A stretch of DNA of 64,000 nucleotides from Acanthaster planci (Eukaryota). The notes below the pieces were generated by a model. The model did not search any database. It saw only the letters and a list, made by a program, of their open reading frames with translations, and was not told the origin of the DNA. The stretch covers positions 928,083 to 992,082 of the forward strand of contig NW_019091355.1 in NCBI RefSeq assembly GCF_001949145.1. The letters are read 5' to 3'. Both the position numbers and the translations under genes were made by a program. Shown here piece by piece: positions 56,993 to 64,000 of this stretch (positions within the stretch are counted from its first letter, which is position 1; every line of letters starts with the position of its first letter).

Positions 56993-59900
56993 GATGGCAG
57001 ATTATACCATCCAACTGTACGAGAAAAATACAAAAAAATGTGGCCGTTATTTCAATTTAGTTGGTAATAGAACAGTTCAATTCTTACATCAGATTATGAG
57101 CAGAGAAGAAAAGGGGCACCGCATCGCCATTTTCACCAGTACAATCGTTTCTTTGCTTTGAATTGTTTTTGTGACAGGTGTTTTGTAGACAAGTCATTTA
57201 CTGAAGGTGTTCGGTTTCTAATGAGGGCAGGTCGGTAGTCTATCCTTTGTCTTCAAGAAATCAGTTACCCGATCAAAGAAACCGAAGTAAAAGTAGTTGG
57301 CCAAAGGGGAAGCACACTCTGAAATGATCAGGATACTTTTTGAATACGCGCGATTCACAATAGTGCCTCTCCTAAGAGTTTGCAAGGCGTTGGCCAATCC
57401 AACGCACGAAATCTGTCGATCCTTTCCAAGCCCGCATTGAGTCGACAGATTTCGGAAATTGTTATTGGCCAACGCGTTGCAAACTCATGGAGGCACACTA
57501 TTGTGAAAAGCCCGCATTACATGCCAAATGGTTATCTACAGTTGTAGGTACAATAAAAGTGGTTCGAACTTTGGATATTGACACAACAACTGAATGTCCA
57601 GAAGGAAATACTTGTTTTACGGAAACAAAATGGCCGACAGAAATGAAGGGTTGTATTATGTTTCCGAGTTGCCAACGGTGAACGCGACAGACGCGCCATG
57701 AATGTCATAAAACTCTCTACAACCTTGACTCCATTGTCAGGGAAGTTACACCCTGCCAGTTTCTTTTCAGAGAACAATTATTCGAGAAAAGCACCCGCTC
57801 CTCGTCATCGTACTTGGCACAATGCCGAAAGGACAAAGACCGGTACCAGAAAATGTTTAGACAACTCATGCCTGGGAAAAAAAATCAGTGCTACGACCTT
57901 TTGTGAGAAATTCCTGATTGTTCTTCTTGTTCATCGATTTTGTTAACATAACAAAATTCAATTTGTACTAGTATGTGTCAGTTCGCTCTATTTTCATTGT
58001 TAGTCACGCTCTTTAATGTAGGCTGTTACTCACTACGCCAGTTTCAAACTTGGTCGCTTTTAAGGTCAAAAGTCTGGAAACTTCCCGAAGTTTTCCTCCA
58101 AACCGGAAATTTTCACGAGGATGTAACGTGCTCTCTCGTCCATATTTCCATCAAGAATTCGATTAACTAAAGAACTGGTGTATAAAAGCCATAATAATCT
58201 GCCATTTCACAGGAAAAATACTCCCAAGCTTGTCATAATGACAAGGTTTCAGACGGTAACTTGCTAAAATTTCAGTTTTCATGGCATTTTGAGAAGATTT
58301 CTCGTTAGGTTGACAACATAGCATGGTTTTACCGTCAGTTTGGAGGGTAAATCTCAAAACTCTTAACAATAAAGCAAATGTTTTGTAGTAGAAGTATATT
58401 TGCATCACAATCGCAGTTCATTGATGAAGTTAGATTTTAGCCAAGCCCTCGGTTACGAAGGACAGTTAAGGCGCGGTGTTATTCCTACATGCTTGAAAAA
58501 GAACACTGGCCAACACAACGGCACTAGAATCGAGATATATCGACCCCAAAAAATGGAAATATTTCAAATCTTTTGAAACTGTCCAAAATCACTCAAAGAA
58601 AGCACCGTGCAGCGAATTCACTGAAACCCCTTAAGTCGGAATGCCACCATAACGTTGCTACATTCACACCCGGCCAGGAATGCGATGCATTCATTTTTAC
58701 TGACCAACCCTGATTTTGCTCAAAGCAAACTACTTTTCAAATTCAGCGAACCGATTACCAGGGAAATATTATAAACCTGCACCCCTTATGTGTGCTTCAA
58801 TACAAGCCTTTAATTGACACATTTCGAAATGGCTCGGTTCTCGTAAACAATTACATGTGTACAAGTGCAGGCATCCGACAGTACGCTTCTTGTCGATTTG
58901 TAATCCCTTATGATATCCTTCCAAATCCACCAGGAGGTTCTCAAGGAGGTCAGGATCCAGCAGGATTCCGGATCCCAGAGACTACTTGGTGTGTGAGGCT
59001 TGGCAGCCAATAATGATTTAAAGAACAAGGGATTGTCACAGTGGCTGTTGTGTTTGTACGAAAAGTCCGTCTCCCCCAGTGAGGCAGAGGATAAGGACGC
59101 GGTTTGCTGTTAGGAAACTTTATGGCAGAAGTTCGAAGCAGTTAACCCGACTGTGATCTTCGATACCCGCTTGCTGAATGACGCCTCACTCGAGGTCGAC
59201 ATGGGATATAACGCTACGGATTTCAAAACTGACACAGATGTGAATTAAAGGACCAAGCTTGGGTTGCCCTCAATTTGAACAAAGCTATTGTGACCCCTTC
59301 AGAGATCTGTCAAAGTCAATAGACCTAGGCCTACTACCTGATTGTGCTCCAACATGGCTCGTAAAGTTTGCCGTCCTAAAAATGAATGAAAGATCCCTGA
59401 AGAGAAGTATCTATGCCATGCCTGTGTATGGCAGAGTTGGCATGTATTGTTTTTAGTCAAATGAAAGCTCACAACTAGATATGCATTTCTATTGTAAAAA
59501 GAGAGGAATTAGAAAAGGGAATTCTTTTGTGTCAGTAGCTTTCTGTGAAATATTTCAGGGTCTGAAAGGTGCTTCTCTGCACAATCAAGATAGATTTATG
59601 CCAGAAATGCAATGGTTCTCTTTTTATGGTCATGAAACTCAACAGAATAAAGCCACTGAAAAATGTAGTTAAGGTCTCAAAATATCACTTCAATTGTGTT
59701 GGTGATACCTCCATAACCCCTAGGTTCAAAGCTGATCAGAATATCCTAAGTCTTATTCATTCTTTTAAAATCATCGCCGTGATTTTACTTATATTTAATT
59801 GAACGGATTGGATTCAAATATAATATTGCGTTGCTTTGCTCCCTTTGAAATGGTACGCCAAAAATAAACAAAATCGTGTTTTTGTAAATCCTTTCTCAAA

Positions 59901-62099
59901 ATACCTTGTCTTTACCTCATTATTGCTCAGTGAGTCTAAATTACAGCGGTCATTTAATACCTACTGTATCTTGGGCACGAGCATTGAGTTACTGGTAATA
60001 ACATTCAATGGCTAGAGATGTCACCTTACTATCGAACCCTGCGTAACACCAGTAGATTCTGTTGCCCCAGCAGGCAGTGCGTAAGCCCGGAAGCAATTCT
60101 AAACCTGCCGCGTGCGTAAGACAGGAGGCACGCGTTCTCAGAGTTACTGCGTAAGACTAGTAGCACATCTCCTGCATTGTGCTAGTACACTGAAGGTATA
60201 CAGGCGTTCAATAGTGTATTCCGCTAATGCGTACCATGTTTATGGGTGTTTAGTTTTAATTAAGGTCCTGTCGAATTCAATGGCAAATATTGAAAATTAC
60301 TTGAAAAGTATTTTAGTCCTTTAACAGATAGTCGTTTTACTTAAAGTTTACTTAAACTATCTTGATCTAAGGTATCAATGACCGCTTAAGAGTGGACTTG
60401 TACTCAGAACCATCTTCGTCAAAAATCCAATTCTATTTGATCAAAACCTGAGGTTCACGTGGGGACGAAAATCAATCCTACATGTATACATGTGTGTGAA
60501 AAAATTAAACTAGCATACCGTCTCCCCGTAAAATAGAAATAATAAATGTTCAGTTCATAGCCTCAAAATCTCATCACTTTTCGGAGAATAATTTTCGGTG
60601 GGAACCGAGCTGTCAAAAATCACTGCCCCCATTTCGGCGTATGATTTATTTCGATTAAGTAGGTTTTGTGATCATCATTTCTACTGATTCGAGTTGCCCC
60701 CTCGTTGACTAACTGTGAGAAAATGCAGAGTTCGGCTTGAGCCGACCTTTCGTGCGCACACACCCAAGAAGCAGTTTGCGGAGGGAAAAAATGAAAGTCG
60801 ACGACCTCGGTAGTTTGTTTATCAAGAGCAGTCTGGCGTAATCCCCCAACAGAGGCAGTTAAATGCTGAAGTACCTCTAACCATGCTCTGACGACGACAG
60901 CTACAAACGCTGGATGCTTTTTTTTCTTTCTCGACGTGCAATGGTATGTTAAGCACTCAACAGTCACATTGCTTGTCACAGAAAGGAACACTTTTATTTA
61001 AACAACATTCTCTCTTTATTTCCACTGTTGCTTTACAGCAAAGCCAGCAACATAAAATACCCAATTGCAAATGAGCAGTGGAATTGATTACATCATCTCT
61101 ACGGTTACCTGCAAAAGCGGCCCCTTTGCATTCCATTGACGAGAACAATAAAAGGCAAGACAAGAGCACATGTGGAGTTGTGTAATCTGACTATTAAACC
61201 TTCACAAAGTTGCTTTTTCCTGCATAGGCTGGCACTGCTGGACAGTGTCTTTGCAAGCTTGTGTTTCTGGAAAATGCTAATGAAAATTTGAAACGAAATG
61301 TCCAAATAACTGCTGAAGTGCAGTTATTTGACATTCTACTATCGGTAATCTGAAAACAAACACGGCGAAAGCGACTGGTGGAGAGAATAAAGAAATCGCA
61401 ATAGAAAGAAAACTGTATCAGAAAAAGAGTTACAGTATAAGAAAAATAGACTAGCCCACAAAACACCGATTCATGAATGTTTGATTTCACACATGGTCGG
61501 TTACAAAATGACCTCGAGAGCCACGTCTTCATTTCTATATATCATTTCTGCAGAAAATTCTTGGTCTAGGTACCGCCACTCTTTAGTCACTCTTTGCCCT
61601 TCTAACTTCGACCAGTCTATGAAAGTAAAACTAAAAGCTGACGATTATTAATTCGGGATTTTGGAGAAAACCAAAATGGATGGCACCTTCTTCCCTCGTC
61701 CTTCCCATTTATTGTAAACACTGGTATATTTTCTGTTTATATCATCTTGGTATTCCAGACTACACTTACTTCGAGAAAACTACTCCCAGCAGGCTGAATA
61801 ATCTTTCCATAGCAAGATCAATACGGCCATTCAAATTAAACAAATGGTAAGCGTATTTGGGGATATTCAGCTTAATACGGACTCGTCGTTCGTTGTAATG
61901 TTTCGTAGTCTTGTTAGTAAGTACGCGCGTATGTTTTGAAAACTTCCACCTCTAGTATCTAGTTAGGAAAACTTGTTACGCTTAATTTAACAATATACCG
62001 CACCCTGTTCCAACGACATCTTATTCCACTGCAGAAAACATGAAATAGTCAATTCACACAGAGTACCAAATGGTCCAAGTCTGAAGACTAGGCATGAGC

Positions 62100-62158
62100 T
62101 TAACCCTAACCCTCCTGAATCCTTCACCTGTTGGAGGATTGAGGAGGGTTAAGGTTAA
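62100..62158. repeat. ~59-bp hairpin element, copy 4
   Basis: ttaaccctaaccctcctgaatccttcacctgttggaggattgaggagggttaaggttaa. Confidence 0.85.
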
Positions 62159-64000
62159 GAATGTCAACCTTTTAAAGAGTTGGTCATGCAGAGGTAGTGA
62201 TAGCATGACTTGTGAAGCGAATGAGATTGAATCCTTGTATTATGCTAGCTATCGCACGTTAGTTACCCAATATTTAAGCACTGTTCGACTGGTCATTTCC
62301 TCTGCGCTTATCTTATATGCTCAACAACCTTTTAGTCTGGGACTCAAAACAATAAACACATGAAGAAGGACAGTATATGCCACTTACATTTGCAATTTCA
62401 ATATTACCCAATAACAACTCACCAAGTTAAGTTCCTTAGTCACCTGGCAGACATAGGCGATACCACTTTACGCAAGACGGAATACAGAGCGGACTGCAAA
62501 TATAAATGAAGGAATACCAGACGAAGGGATCTGGAGCAGAATACACAAACAATCCACACAGAATAGAGAACTTTGCGTTTATAATCCACAGAACGGAGAA
62601 TCCTGAACAAAACTTATGAAATCCGTCAGAGGCAAGGCTTGGAGTACTCCTGATCTCCCGAGCATTGTGAGGTGTTCCGATGACGCGAAGCCGATTCCTG
62701 CCAATTCTCTCCGATCGTGGGAATTCACAGGTTTCTACAAACCCCAAGGTCGGCGGCTACACCGACCTGCATACCACGTTCTCCGACTGGCGACAGTCTC
62801 TGCTACCCCGGTGACAGGCTATAGGGGTTGGATAGTACAGCAGTTTGACTCTCTATCACCAAATCCACCTACACGAAAACAAGCAAAGCCAAGGAGAAAA
62901 TCCCAATAATACCTTTCAGTGAATTCAACCCAAGCTGCCTGACAGGTACAGCTTGCCTTGTATATGTCTACCTATAGGAGACACCCGATGCACTGGACCG
63001 TGGACAAAACCTTTTCATACTTCCACCCGACCTGTATTGTTACTCTTTAAATACCACGTTCCCTTTCAAAGCCACCGAACCTTCATGCTACCTAAGCTCT
63101 GCTCTCAGTGGCTCCTTGTTGGTTCACTACAAACGCCAACGCAGCTCAATACCCAATAAGATTCTTCGTTTCGTGGGCCAGTTTGCGTTGGCGTAATAAA
63201 TACTTTCAGTCCTTGTATTAAGAGTACATGTAAGGCACAGTTTCTCCTGTTTTCTTGACCCCAGTTGCAAAACGCCTTACCAATGACACTCTGTATAAAG
63301 TTGTCGCTAGACACAGTAACAGTAAAGTAGTATTTGTGGTTAGTAAATGTTTGTGTTTTCTACAGTCAAAATGGAGTTTGGGCAGACAGGCGCAAGTGAA
63401 TAATACAAGTTTAGATTCCATTCTGGTTGTTATTTTGGGATGGAGCAGTTGAAAAAAAGAAACTTGTGTCTGGAACACCTACTGGACTTCATGAGAGGCC
63501 ACCGGTTTTGAGGGTGATAGGAGGAAATGATACGCACATATTGACCATTTCCTCAGAATAAATAAGGAATTCAGCCAAGTGATACTTGACCGATTTCACC
63601 CATCCTGGAGACAGAAATGTAGTTCCTGCAATTATGAAACGGGCTAACTTATCCCACTGGACTTCACAAAACGCTTAAGGGAAACCTATTGCTTGCTAAA
63701 ACGTAACCATCTTCGCTGAGGAACAAGATATTTGCAGTCACTCGCAGAAAAAAGTACAAAATACGAAAACAGCGGAATAGCTAGAGCGGCAGACAGACGA
63801 GAAAAGTGCAAAGGGAACTCACAATTTTCCAAGATTTCTGCCTGATGTGCAAAGTAAAATGTTGCTATTGTTGATTGAAGAAAGCAGGAAGCAGATAAAA
63901 GGAGTAGAAATGCTAGTAAAGGTCCTTCAACCTGAAATCTGAGCGCAGCCCCGACATTATTATTCCTGTCACCTCAAAGTAAAATTCAATGCCCGTTCTT

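Overview
This is intron-rich animal genomic DNA, most likely from an invertebrate deuterostome (possibly an echinoderm, inferred from domain content and repeat style). It has two assembly gaps, at 30477-30893 and 42623-43015. Almost the whole window (56992 down to 424) is one minus-strand chain of about 75 exons whose splice phases are all compatible. In order they encode: signal peptide, EGF, CUB, EGF, four copies of an unrecognised ~135-140 aa 4-Cys domain, 2 EGF, three more copies of that domain, at least 31 tandem one-exon EGF repeats, 2 LDL-receptor class A repeats, EGF, and 11 complete cadherin repeats plus the start of a 12th. The cadherin part resembles the CDH23/Cad87A/CDHR group and continues past the left edge. 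The junction between the two halves is unusual. The last EGF exon has its own in-frame ATG and signal peptide (21880) overlapping a usable splice acceptor, and read-through of the LDLa exon gives an immediate stop with AATAAA downstream. The locus could therefore be two tandem genes, or one gene making a secreted head, a short cadherin and a giant fusion. Introns contain tandem repeats, a ~59-bp hairpin element in 4 copies and SINE-like fragments. Exon boundaries were read by eye and may be off by a few bases.
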